Assembly (NCBI GenBank): GCA_030141605.1
Contig: JAQGDQ010000273.1
Span: 186,001 to 250,000 of the forward strand
Reading direction: 5' to 3'
DNA length: 64,000 nucleotides
Source: Tubiluchus corallicola
Taxonomy: Eukaryota > Animalia > Priapulida
The position numbers and the translations under genes are program-made. The notes under the pieces were generated by a model. The model was given only the letters and a program-made list of their open reading frames with translations. It had not been told where the DNA came from and searched no databases. Of the stretch, positions 1 to 12,017 are shown in pieces. Position 1 is the stretch's first letter. The number at the start of each line of letters is the position of its first letter.

Positions 1-104
1 CTCATCTGCCCCATCTGTACAATCGGGGTAACCATCGCAAAGTCGCCGTCTGTCTATGCACTGGTCATCAGAACAGCGATAGTAGCCACGCGGACACGTC
101 AAGT
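1..104 (-). CDS. HSPG2: Perlecan-like gene, LDLa repeat 9 (truncated by the window edge)
   Basis: ttactaatag|AC TTG; DLTCPRGYYRCSDDQCIDRRRLCDGYPDCTDGADE... Confidence 0.92.
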
Positions 105-496
105 CTATTAGTAAAAACACTTTAAATATCAATCCAACATGTAACATGAACAACAGAAATTGAAGTGAGCTATCCACCTTGATTTTAGAAGTTGCAAATA
201 ATTTGAAAAATTTAAAATTATCAGTAGTGAAAATTTCTGTCGAAAAATGTCACTAGTTGGATATGTCTATCTAAGTTTTTTCACAACATGCATGTGGTAT
301 GAAAAATAAAAATTCTGCCACCATCCATAAAAAATTAGCAATAGCAAAAATCATTACATGCATTTAAAAAACCCAGGCTTACTGTTATCGTCCTCAGAAT
401 ACTAGTGCATTAACTGTAACCATGCATTCATTCCAAACATATCAATATTTTATCAATCTAGTGCTACATATGATAAAGCACTGACTGGCAGCTTAC

Positions 497-640
497 CACC
501 AGTGCCTCCACAGTGGGCATCGTCTTCATCACTGTAGTCACTGCAGTCATACTTCCTATCGCATAGACTAGTCCCTGGTATACATTCTCCGTTATCACAC
601 TGAAACTGATCCTCTCGACAAATAGGTGGTCGAACAGGCT
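497..640 (-). CDS. HSPG2: Perlecan-like gene, LDLa repeat 8 (phase 1-1, 144 nt)
   Basis: ttttag|AG CCT ... GGT G|gtaagc; [48 protein letters not shown]. Confidence 0.93.
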
Positions 641-759
641 CTAAAATGCAACAATAAAATAAGCACACTGGCAATTCTCTCCACTAGAGATCAAGTCGAG
701 TCAATTTGTAAAGGCACTCCGCAGTAACAGTGAAAGAAATAACTTTTATTAAAAACTTT

Positions 760-1225
760 AAAATATAAAATACTAAAAACATGTCAAACATTTCATCTAC
801 AGAGCCAAACAATCGTCTTCAGTGTGATAGAGTTTACAAACTGCAACCAGTTTTATAGGGAAAGCCTACAATACCTGAAAATATTATTCACATAGACGCC
901 AAAGATGTAAAATTGGCCTGTAGAGAGAAGACATACAGTAAAACTACAGTTAATAAAACTATAGTAAAACTATGTGTTTGAAAACAAAGTTAAGAGAATT
1001 GAACTACTTTGCACAATAAGAGAAGGCTTGTTAGGGTACACGGATAAACTTTATTTTATTAACAGATCCCAGTTATTTGTAGCTTTTGCCACAAGGCTAA
1101 AATTATTAAAATCAGCCTTGTGGCCAGAGGCACAAATATGGTCACGATGAATGCTAGACTGAGGAGGAATTTTTAGTTTCTTGCTGGTTATAGACAATTT
1201 ACCCAGATGTTCACACGTTTTCACT
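760..1225 (-). mobile_element. Inverted second copy of the same Penelope-like 3' end (head-to-head with 1290-1715)
   Basis: Reverse strand reads KTCEHLGKLSITSKKLKIPPQSSIHRDHICASGHKADFNNFSLVAKATNNWDLLIK*SL..NKPSL, then ccctataaaactggttgcagtttgtaaactctatcacactgaaga, which is shared with the plus copy. Confidence 0.85.
781..830 (-). ncRNA. Degenerate minimal hammerhead ribozyme core (PLE type)
   Basis: ca-CUGAAGA-cgauuguuuggcucuguagau-GAAA-uguu-ug. The sister copy at 1679-1713 (+) keeps most of stem II (GACUGC/GCAGAC) but has mutated core boxes. Confidence 0.5.
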
Positions 1226-1289
1226 TTATTGTTTCCAAAAAATCTCTGTACAGTCGCTTTCTAAAAAATTAGTCCACAGTTTTTGCAAG

Positions 1290-1715
1290 TAAAGAACATA
1301 TGGTTAAGCAAGACAACCCTCTTATTCTGCTACAGAATACTTTAAAATCTGGTAATAGTTTAGGTTCCATTTAAAGACAAAATACCCTCATTCTTACAGT
1401 CTTGTATTGTTTATAGATTTCAGTGTAGCAGCTGTAATGCTGGCTACTATGACACAATGTCCACACACTTTAAAACATAATGTGTGAACATCTGGGAATT
1501 TCATCTAGAATTGGCAAGAAACTAAAAAGTTCTACTCAATCTAGCATTCATCATGTCCATATTTGCGCCTCTGGCCACAAGACTAAAATTAATAATTTTA
1601 ACAATGTGGCCAAAGCTACAAACAACTGGGATCTATTGATGCCTACAAAACTGGTTGCTGTTTGTATACTCTGTCACACTGAAGGTGACTGCTAGGCTCT
1701 GCAGACTTTAAACAG
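1290..1715 (+). mobile_element. Penelope-like element remnant: GIY-YIG endonuclease C-terminus plus 3' end
   Basis: Frameshifted translation PFKDKIPSFLQSCIVYRFQCSSCNAGYYDTMSTHFKT/MCEHLGISSRIGKKLKSSTQSSIHHVHICASGHKTKINNFNNVAKATNNWDLL shows the VY-x-F-x-CxxC-xx-Y-Y...R-xx-EH pattern of PLE GIY-YIG domains. A hammerhead-like motif follows. Confidence 0.85.
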
Positions 1716-2448
1716 GACATTACGTCAGTTAAAGGAAAGAAATCTTGCAAGATAGATTGGACTGACTTTTGTTATGTCTTGCCTCAATAAGAATCTGAGG
1801 GGTTTTCTACCGTAATGAATCTGAAATAAGTTTCAAATGGAATAAGAATACAGTAGTGTGAAATATAGGAACAAAGACAATGCTGCATGAGTGGGCTGGA
1901 TGAGAATATATTAATATACACTTACAATCAGGCAAATACTGGTTTTCTTTACAATTTTATATGGTTGAATTACTTTGAGCACTGAATAAGATTGCATATA
2001 AATGTACAATACATTATATACATTACAATACATTAATTTCAAATATCTATTCAGGCTTTTGTCACTTTTGTACAGTTTTAATAGATGTCCATCCTAGGCA
2101 ATTCTTTGATATAGAGTCTCTATGACATTTTTTACAAAAATACTGCTTCCACCACCTTCCTAACCTCAATTTCCTTTTGTTACAAACCATATTTTAACAC
2201 ATTTGTACTAACATTATTTTAAAACTGCACAAACAAATTATAACAGATGCAAAAACCATTTTAACTTGTCTGCAATATCCAGTCATCAAATCGTAACACT
2301 ATTTCACGTGAAACAATTTTATGGAGCAATCTGAAACGGAAATCTTTCTCAATGGTAGATATTATTACGAAGACAAAACTAAATAAAGTGCAATGGAGAA
2401 ATGTAATAATTTTCTTGCAGTTTCAATCTTCGGTATACTTGTGCGTAC

Positions 2449-2568
2449 CTGTACAACCCTGTTCATCCGCTCCATTGCGGCAATCAATCTGGCCATCACA
2501 CCGCCATCGATAGTCTATGCAAATGCTCTCACTACACCGGAATTCGTGCGGCAAGCAAACAGCCCGAG
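2449..2568 (-). CDS. HSPG2: Perlecan-like gene, LDLa repeat 7 (phase 1-1, 120 nt)
   Basis: ttgtcag|CT CGG ... ACA G|gtacgc; [40 protein letters not shown]. Confidence 0.92.
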
Positions 2569-3352
2569 CTGACAACAATTAAAGGCTAGTGTACTGACAG
2601 ATACTAAAATCACTTTATGCAGCGGAACATACTAACACTACAAAGCAGGATTATGGCGACATAGCAATAGGATGGTATAGTAATGTAATTTTGTACAACA
2701 CAGCTAAAAACTTTTCATCTTATTACTTTGATTGATCCGGTAAAACGCTAATCCTTTATGAATAATTTTTAAATACAGCTGCTTAGGTAATAAATCAAGA
2801 AAAGGTTTCTTGTAGTATAAATTTTTAAAACTGAATATTTCTGTAAATGTAAAACAACTTCCTTAGAAATAAGTAGAAGGATAAAACATTCTATTAGAAA
2901 CTACAATAGAAAAGATGAGATATGACCAGAGGACATTGCTAATACTGTTGAAAATGTACTAATATTTTGTACTCCAATCTGTTATACTCATTTACTAGCT
3001 AAGTGGTGACAGTTGAAACAATGGAGTGCTAGGAAATGCAAAGCACAACAAAGTTAATCCATCAGTGTAACAGAAACAATTGCACATTGCTGATTTAAGC
3101 ATGCTCAATATGTTAACGACTGACAAATTACATTGGCACAGAAGCAGCTAAATGAATAGAAAAACAGAATAGAATGCGTAGTATTACTAAGAGCTTGGTA
3201 GGCTAGTACTACAAAATGTAACTTAACTGCCTTCTAAAAGATCTTAAATGATACCAGTTTTGGTGAACAAACATGTGCACTCGTACAATCTAAAACTAAA
3301 CTCACATGGGCTACAAACATAAGGTACAGCTAATCTAAAAAAGCAGACTTAC

Positions 3353-3466
3353 GACAATGTTCGGGAGCTTCGTCTGACTTGTCTGGACAATCTACTATGC
3401 CATCACAAGCTTCTGTACCCGCTATACATGATTTGTCATCACATATAAATGCATCCAAATCACAGC
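3353..3466 (-). CDS. HSPG2: Perlecan-like gene, LDLa repeat 6 (phase 1-1, 114 nt)
   Basis: ttgcccag|GC TGT ... TGT C|gtaagt; GCDLDAFICDDKSCIAGTEACDGIVDCPDKSDEAPEHC. Confidence 0.93.
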
Positions 3467-5043
3467 CTGGGCAAAGACAGCTTAAACTCGTAGCAGTTTT
3501 CACAGTTAAAATCATTTAAACCACGTTAGAATATAATTCAGTATATAGACATGTATAAAAAATTTCTGATAAATGATCTATCATGCATTAAAGCATGCAG
3601 GATTGTTTTGATATGATATATTAAGACACATATATGTAACAAAGAGAGATATTTTAAATGTATTCAGTTTTCAATGTAAAATAACCTGCAAGCTTAAAGA
3701 CAGTGTTACATTCGCAAATTCTGCAAGTATTTGTCCATCTAAAGAACATAGCTACACTAAATGCAGAGTTTTTTTCTAAACAAGTGAGTTAAAACACAAA
3801 AATTCTGCAGATTATTATTAGAGTTTCAAAATATGTTGTCTAGATCTCATATAAAGAGTTTTGGCCCATCCGTTCAAGCCAATTATGAAGGTTATAAAAG
3901 AAATGCATTGGCAATACGGTTGGACTGATGAACAGTGACCATTTTTCTTTGTTAAACTAAGAAAATGACTGTATACTAAGTTTGAGTGACTGGCTTTAGT
4001 GCCAAAAGAGATACATTACAAAATGTTCTGACGAGTGGTAAACACTGATGCTCCAGTATGAAAATGATGGACACTCTCATCTCAGATAAGCATATATAAC
4101 TAATAACGTAATCAATTAGCAATGCAAACATACATGATTTGTATATGCATTTACTGCCATTGGCAACCCTTAATGCCCTCTATCTGCTGTTCCAAAACAT
4201 CAAATAAAAATCACATATATACTGACTATAAATATTTAAACTTTTATAACATGTCATTACAATGCACAACGAAAAAATATAATACATTTATTTGCCATTT
4301 TTGTCTGTTGTTTTTGATCATTTGAAGACAGAAATAAAAAATCAAGTGATAATAAACAATAATTAACAACAATTATATGTAAAACAGGTATGAAAAATTA
4401 CTGTATGCTTAAAAGACTCTCGCCAGTTGGGAAACAGTAGGCAAAAATGCGAGCTAATATGTCTGCTATCAGTTTGAAAATGAAACATGGGAGTTTTGCT
4501 TGAACAAAATGAAAAACCCAAGCAAACTTTATGGGCAATACTTTGCTCACATGCAATTAAGTTCATGCCAATAAATGCGCAGATTAAATTTAAATTCAAG
4601 TTAGTTTGTTGTAAACTAAACTAGATTAGATCTCCCCTTTCAGATTGCTCCACAAACTATAACAGATTCAAACAAAAGAATTTGCTGCAAAAGGCAAACC
4701 AGAAAATAAAAACAAAACAAATTTTAAACAATGCATCAAAAATTTCCTAGACAAGAATAAAGGCCGTCAAGGTAAAATATCACAACCAGAAAGGAAGAAA
4801 AAGCATACAGGATTCCACAGCATTGATGAAAAGCAACAGCAGAATCGATGATAGTGCTTCACCTTCAAATAAACTTGATGATCACCTCATAATAACACTT
4901 GAAACACATGCGATTCAATATAAAGAAATGAAAGACACAGCAAGGTTTTTTTACCAGCTTTCCTAAACGCACTACCAAGCCGATAACAAAAATCTTCATT
5001 TTCACAAGAGATATCAATATGGCTCCCATAAATTAATACTTAC

Positions 5044-5160
5044 CACACGCTGTCTCATCACTGCCATCTGTACAGTCACGCTGCCCGTCGCAGCGACGTC
5101 CAAGGTCTATACAAGCCCCATCGTCGCACTGGAACTCAGCAGTGCTGCACTCCCGTGGAG
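5044..5160 (-). CDS. HSPG2: Perlecan-like gene, LDLa repeat 5 (phase 1-1, 117 nt)
   Basis: tttcag|CT CCA ... TGT G|gtaagt; [39 protein letters not shown]. Confidence 0.93.
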
Positions 5161-6895
5161 CTGAAAGTAAAGAAATAAAAATTACACCTTGAAGAAAAGT
5201 GAGGATCAAATTGGTCACTACCACTCAGGTATACATCAGAAATGGAATTTGAATAAGTGTATGAGACGGAAAAAGCATCACACAATTTTGCTTCCATCCA
5301 ACAGCTTTTTCTAAAAAAATGTAAAAAATGTAAATTTTACTTTAATATTTTACTTGATCATTCATCAATAATTGTGACATCAACCCAATATCTTGGCCTG
5401 ATAAAAAAACAAAAATATTAATACAGTCTTTCTAGCTGTTTGCAGGCGACCACTACAAGTGACCTATTATCTACACAAAAAAATACATATATACCCTTAC
5501 AATATCCAATACATACAGACACACATAGCAAAATGCTATCCTTTGCTAGCCTTCACATAACTATTATTTTCATAACTATACAACATGATCTATGATAATG
5601 ATAAACAAAATTGCACGCAGACAAGAACGAAACCACATGACCAAGCAAAACTACATGAACAATGCCAAATTAGTATTTTACAAGCCCAGGTCTGTAAGAG
5701 AGATTAATAATTTTTAATGCGGCATTGTGTCACCCAACTAATACAAACAAACAAGTCCACGACATAAAGTAGAGTTAGTGTATAAACTGCTTGCGTTATT
5801 CAAAAAAAGGGAGTAAAATTAATCAAACTGCATTTTTTGTGACCACAGTTTAAGAGAAAAAGCTCAATTCTCTATCTTAATTGGAAGCTTTGTGTTTTGT
5901 TTCAGTCTCTTCAGCTCAAGAAAGCCAATGTTTTCAGCTAAGAAAGTTCTGACAACCTTAGTTGTTTACTTTCACTTCAGCTTAAGTTCGTATGCCTGTT
6001 TCACTGCCTTGTTTAGAAAAAAATGCACATGATTATCACGTTAACCTTGGCTGATGCTTTGTTTATAGTTCACAACCAGGGATTGTTAATGCACATGCGC
6101 AAAATTAAGCTACAAGCACAGGATGTGAGAAAAACAAATTGCAATCTAAAGCAATATCTACTGCACTAGTATATGTGAGGTAGATAAAAATGCTGTTTGG
6201 TTAAATCAGTTTTTGATATAGATTTTGGCAACTAATTAATCCTTTGTATGTTTTAGTATTCTTGTTGAAATAAATGGGCAAAAACTACGGAAAAAATTAC
6301 GTACAATAGTATGAAGTGTGCCTATATCTAAAGTATATGAAATTTTTTTATATCTGCACATGCCCAGTTATTTGAAGTGTGCCTATATCTGCATCAATAA
6401 ACAATCATGATTTACATGTTAATTTTGCTAGTATAAAGAGGCTAATTTTTTTTGTTTACTTATTTATTTATATACGGTTAAATATTTTAAAATGTCATAA
6501 TTACTGGACAATATCTGACCATCTACGCATAAACAAAAGGATTTAAACTAGTGTCGCCATAGAAATTTATCAATCTTGACCATTTTTAGCTTAGCAAATG
6601 TTGAAATAGTTCAAGGTTGAGGGAAGGCCCGGCCCAATCCCGGGAGAGTTGGGGGCTATAATAGGATGGTATGTTTTAAAGAAAACAAAAAACCATACAT
6701 CCACTAACCTCTCTATGAATCAAATGCAAGCTATAACTATGTTAGCTAACCGGAAAATAGGCAAAAAGACAGACTGCTACTGCTTTCATATGCAGAAAGC
6801 CTCATTATTACTGACAAGACAAGATCTGTTGCAAGCCAATTAGCCATGCGCCCAGTAGCTAGTCACTACAATCTACTTAGTAAGGCAGTTCTTAC

Positions 6896-7030
6896 GGCAC
6901 ACAGATTCGTCGCTGCCATCTGGACAATCGGGATAGCCGTCGCATTCAGCTTGCAGTGGCACACAACTACGGTCGGCACACATGAACTGACCTGGCCTGC
7001 ATGCACCCGGCACAACAGTGGCTCCTTCAC
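6896..7030 (-). CDS. HSPG2: Perlecan-like gene, LDLa repeat 4 (phase 1-1, 135 nt)
   Basis: ttttaacaccag|GT GAA ... TGC C|gtaaga; (C)[44 protein letters not shown]. Confidence 0.92.
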
Positions 7031-7990
7031 CTGGTGTTAAAAACAAGTTTTCCTAGTACCGAATAAGCATTGAGCATGAAAAGCGTGAAACAAAATTAAT
7101 TTTCAGCATTTGAAAAAGCTGTTATTTACAAGTGCCAGCCAATTAAAGCATTAAAATGCATATTAATGAACGTGTAATCAACTTCAAAACCACAAATGGG
7201 TTCAAACAAGATATATTACAAAACATGACGAAGATATATATTTGATAATGCAAAGTTCATTTAAAACTCACAACTTTCTAACCATAAAACTAAATCAACA
7301 CTATCCATTATTAGAAGCCTCGTCTAAAAAGGGAAAAACAGTAGTAGAAAATAGCCACAAAATAAATGCAAAAATATCTAAAAAATACTGCTATATAGCT
7401 TTAAGCTACATGCAAAAAAAGGCAAACTAAACCACATAACTGGTAGCAACAAATTTTGCTATCCAGTCAATAGGTAGCAAAACTAGCAAACAACTAAAAT
7501 TCATGACTTAAAAACAAAAAAGGGTTGTATTTTAATCTACAAACGAACATAACAAAGGCTAAATAAACTTGAGTAGATTCCACATTTTACAGATTTTTAC
7601 GTCAGACGACGGCATTCAAATTTAAACATCTAAATAATTATGATTAGATTAGCTTAATAAAGAAACAACTAAGGAAGTTACGATGTCCATGGCATAAAAC
7701 AAGCAAGACCCGGTAAACATATCGAAACAAATGACAGTCATACCGAATAACAACGAAGTGCCAAAAATAAAACGAAAGAGAATCCAGAGAGATGACCTAA
7801 TCAATGCCATAACACAATGATGGCTGAATGCAAGCAAAAATTTTCTGCTTTTTTATAAGAAATACTATCTAAAGAAGCTACACCTCAGCAATACCAATGG
7901 CTGGCAGTCTACAAGTCAAATAAAATAAGAGAAGAACCACTAATAGAACAATGTGACACAAGGAGAGCGACCAATAACGTCGCAACTTAC

Positions 7991-8101
7991 AATACCACTC
8001 ATCAGACCCATCTGGGCAATCCTTCTTGCCATCACAGAGCCCTTTAGCGTCAATGCACGTAAAATCAGTGCATTCAAATTCTAAATCAGCGCACCTAGGC
8101 T
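7991..8101 (-). CDS. HSPG2: Perlecan-like gene, LDLa repeat 3 (phase 1-1, 111 nt; sixth Cys codon split across the intron)
   Basis: tttcag|AG CCT ... TAT T|gtaagt; [37 protein letters not shown](C). Confidence 0.92.
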
Positions 8102-8270
8102 CTGAAAGGTCAAATTTTGAAGAAAATCAACAACACCCGGAAACACTGGCAAACAGCAAAATGTATGCCCCTTAAACTACACCAAAAGTGAGACTTTAAG
8201 TATGAAACAAAAAAGCAAGAAAGTGCAAAAGATGATGCTAAAAAACTCTTGCGGCCGATGTTACACGTAC

Positions 8271-8387
8271 CACAATTTGATTCGTCGGACTGATCTCGGC
8301 AGTCGGGGTAGCCATCGCACCTACGTCTGGCATCAATACACTGCACCAAATCCGAGCATAAAAATTCTTCTGGCGCACATTCTGTCG
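8271..8387 (-). CDS. HSPG2: Perlecan-like gene, LDLa repeat 2 (phase 1-1, 117 nt)
   Basis: tcgcag|CG ACA ... TGT G|gtacgt; PTECAPEEFLCSDLVQCIDARRRCDGYPDCRDQSDESNC. Confidence 0.93.
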
Positions 8388-9076
8388 CTGCGACAGGGAA
8401 CATCATAAAACAATAAATGAATGAAAGACGTAAATCAAATTAAGTACACAGAAAATTCGTAAGCATAAAAATAGTCAAGAATTTCATGTAGTTCTGATCT
8501 TAGCACTGAAATGTAGCACATTTGCATTTCTTTTTAATTTTAAGTGAAAAGTAGTTCTCAAATTCAATGTTTATCAAGATTCACATCTGATAGAAGCAAT
8601 ATTTCTCGTTGTAGGTAAAAGACCACCTAAGAAACAAAAGCAACAACATAACATAAAGTTAGAGATTACAATATACAAATGCCATAATAACAAATACTTG
8701 TAAAAACAACAACAAAAACACTCAAATTCTCCCGTTTCACACTAAACATCAAAAAAATTAGTAACACTGTAGCCTATAGGCTATAACAACTAGATGCTAC
8801 ACAACATGGTAACGATGAAGCAACAATGGCACTTTTGTCCAAACAACTCATCTGGATGAAAAAATCCTGAAAGGCTTGCATGTCAAGACATTTAAACATG
8901 ATCAGCAGTAATCAAACAATGGGACAGTCTATTATTATATTATAGCTGTTTTTCAAATTTTGACAAGTTTTGATACTAAAACTCAAAAAGTGTTACAGCC
9001 TTTGTGCAACAATAGCAAACCATATTAAACCTCTTCCTGACATTTCCTGCTTTCTAAAGGACAAAACTTTACTTAC

Positions 9077-9202
9077 GGCAACCATCTTCATCAGAGCCAT
9101 CAGGACAGTCGAAGTTTGTGTCGCACCGCATGCGCATATCAATACAAGATCCATCACCGCAACCAAACTGAAAGTTTTGGCATCCGGTCGTGATTGGTGG
9201 CA
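9077..9202 (-). CDS. HSPG2: Perlecan-like gene, LDLa repeat 1 (phase 1-1, 126 nt)
   Basis: ttacag|TG CCA ... TGC C|gtaagt; [42 protein letters not shown], six Cys and DxSDE. Confidence 0.93.
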
Positions 9203-9747
9203 CTGTAATGATAGATCCATGAATGATTTAAATGGCCATTTTAGAAGTCGCAAAATGTAAGCAAGTTAGACAAAATCATGCTTTGAGCTAAATCAAACAA
9301 GTTTTAGATGTGGAACTTTTCTGACTGACTTTCCTAGGAGTGAAATACTATCACTTGCCATACAAAAGTTTTCTCACTGCACTTCAAGTTTATTAATAAC
9401 TGAAGCATTCTTACCTTGGTTAACATAATAGAATCCTATAGAATGCCATAAAAAAGAATAAAATTGCTTTTGTAAGTTAGATATCTAAGAAAACATTCCA
9501 TAGGCTATTTGCCACTTCAAAAAACTTCAATCGAAATGTACCGATAACTCCTACAGCGCCACCCTATACCCACCAATCAAATGTTTTGTGGGACACACAT
9601 GTTAGCCCCTTTCGTATTGTGTACCTTGAAGTGAAATCAAAAATGGCCCACAAAAATATTTCATACATCTACAGAGTGCTGGTCCAAAGTCATTTAATAA
9701 CCATCACTTGATGCTGTTTGCAATAGTCCTAAAAATAAGCCAGGACT

Positions 9748-10176
9748 CACGGCTGGGACCTATTAAGGATTCACTTAACCGGTTATTTTTTATCGGTTAA
9801 CCATTAACCGAATAACCGATTAATCAGATCTATGCATCATTGGAAGCCCTCTGTAATTTGCCAACTAGATCATTAAAGAAGCAAATAAACAAGAAATTTA
9901 CAATGCAAACACATCAAATGAAATTTTAGAGGAATATGTTCAAATAAGAGTGAAAGTTTTATACATGGAAAGTGAAAAGTCTCTGTTTGTAAGGATGCCA
10001 AGCGTTGTTGAACTAAGCATAACACTTTCACATAGAAATGAAATGTCTCTACAGTAGGGGTGCGGTGAAGGTTCAAATTGATTGGATTCTATGAGGCAGC
10101 CCTGACAATGTCAGAGTATGTTAGATGAATTTTAGAGTCCACCGTGATAATGATCGGTTAACCAGTCCCAGCACTG
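9748..10176. mobile_element. Non-autonomous hAT-like DNA transposon (MITE)
   Basis: Imperfect 13-bp TIRs cacggctgggacc / agtcccagcactg, clustered subterminal AACCG/CGGTTAACC motifs at both ends, flanks ccaggact / ataagact (5 of 8 match, possible decayed 8-bp TSD). Confidence 0.55.
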
Positions 10177-10397
10177 ATAAGACTTAATCCATGAAGACAA
10201 TGGGGTGAGAAGTACTCCATTGTCTTGATGTCTTAACAAATAACTTTCAATTATTCATTTTATTATTAACATGATTTATTCTTTCTAATGCAGCATGTAT
10301 TAGTTTGTCATCATTGGTACTGCATACAAATTCTTTAAAAGTATTATAAATGCACATCCATTGCAAGATACCAAACTATAAAGTATCTTCCAGCTAC

Positions 10398-10558
10398 CTT
10401 TTAGAGGAGTAAAGGAAAATCCATCAGAGACACACTGAAACAATCCTATCCTTCCGGAGCTCACAGCTTGCCACATAGTGTTTCTTAAAATAACTTCGTC
10501 AGTACCAGCTTCATCTCCTAAATCAACAGTTATATATGACCCGCCTACGTTATTTGGC
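10398..10558 (-). CDS. HSPG2: Perlecan-like gene, SEA domain C-terminal half; phase 2 to 1 (not in the ORF track)
   Basis: tttcag|G CCA ... AAA G|gtagct, 161 nt. PNNVGGSYITVDLGDEAGTDEVILRNTMWQAVSSGRIGLFQCVSDGFSFTPLK, compare perlecan VFVELDVG...ISSGSVASYVTSPQGFQF. The donor is weak, so the exact 3' end is less sure. Confidence 0.85.
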
Positions 10559-11161
10559 CTGAAACATAATAAAATAAAAAGCTTTTACAAAAAAAGCATT
10601 ACCAATCAAATGCATCTTTACTGGTACAACAATGGCACACATGCGATGACATATCATACATTGTACATTTACTGTTAATGCTATCAATGTTCTTTATTCT
10701 TGAATTTAGAATGGAAAATAAAATCTGAGCTCACAGAAATGTTTTAGCACTGCAATGTTTCATAAATTACTTGTTACAACAGCGGAATATTTTTTACATA
10801 AAAGAACAGTTAAAAAATATGCACAAGTCTTTCCTACATTCTCACATGAAAATAACAATACCAGTCAATAGCTGTTACAAAATACAAAACCATATTAAAA
10901 ACGCTAATTGAACTCTCAGTACACAAAACTTCTGCTCTGGCAGACATCAATCTGTTTCTAAACATCAAGCAGAACTAAAATACTGTCAACAATTAAACCT
11001 TACACAGTTTTCTATTTGCTCTTTTAACTCTGACAACTTATATTTAAAATCTTTACATCACCATCTGTGGCTTGAAAAGTGTGCTTAAAGAACAGCGTAT
11101 TGCAGTTGGCAACCAAAAAACGATAGAAGAATGTATAAAAGTTTTTACATAGATACCATAC

Positions 11162-11327
11162 CTAAACTGAGCAACAGTGACTAGCTGCTGTCCAGGGACT
11201 TGCTCGTATAGCCTTTCTATAGAATGTTCTAACCGCTGAGCAGTTTGCTTAAAATAATGTGTTTCTCTATCTAAAAGGTCTGGTACTAACTGTAGTGACG
11301 TGCAGTTGATTCGCATTCGATAAAATG
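11162..11327 (-). CDS. HSPG2: Perlecan-like gene, SEA domain N-terminal half; phase 1 to 2
   Basis: ttttcag|CA TTT ... TTT AG|gtatgg, 166 nt. AFYRMRINCTSLQLVPDLLDRETHYFKQTAQRLEHSIERLYEQVPGQQLVTVAQFR matches perlecan SEA as I recall it (YFRALVNFT...YLKIPGDQVVSV). Confidence 0.9.
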
Positions 11328-12017
11328 CTGAAAAAACATAACAATCATGAAAATATGTTACAAAACAAAAGGAGAACACATCTTCGGACACATTTTTAGT
11401 AACATTTGTAATTACAATGAGAAATTATTCCAATAACAAATGATATTAAATGTGAATGACTCGTTACAAGCTCTTATTTCAGTTATTTGGCATGTCATCA
11501 GCCTATCACCTACTCAAATGACAAACTGGTTACTTGTGTGCATTAACAGTAAGCCTATTAAGAAGAGATAAATAGTAGATATGGTGAATAAACAAAAAGT
11601 ATACTGACTTAAATAAAACAAACTAAACATTGTAAAGCAAAATTGCAACAAAAAAGGTGTCAGGTATCTGTAATGAATGTAAAGAAAATAACAATTTCAC
11701 TCTTCTTAACAACCTAATAAAAAGATTGGGCGAAGCTGAGCATAATCTATGTTAACAAAAGGTAATAAATAAAATGAAGCCATTCCCAATGCATTCATAA
11801 AAGAGCCATTTAAAGACAACTCAGACAGCAATGCCAAAATCCGTTTTCACACAACTTTATCTACGTTTATTAGCTTCACAGAAATACGATTTATTTGAAT
11901 GAATTTGGAAGCTATTAAATGTGCAGTGATAAAGTTAACGTATTATTATTTATTAAGCACGAAAATCAAGGTAGATGCATAAATAAAATTTAGCATTTTT
12001 CAGAAACTGATATAAAG

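Noticed and set aside
8820-8930. Possible decayed extra LDLa exon (FKCLD...CLDKS)
   Set aside because: Stop codon near the putative acceptor, wrong Cys spacing, no DE motif or donor
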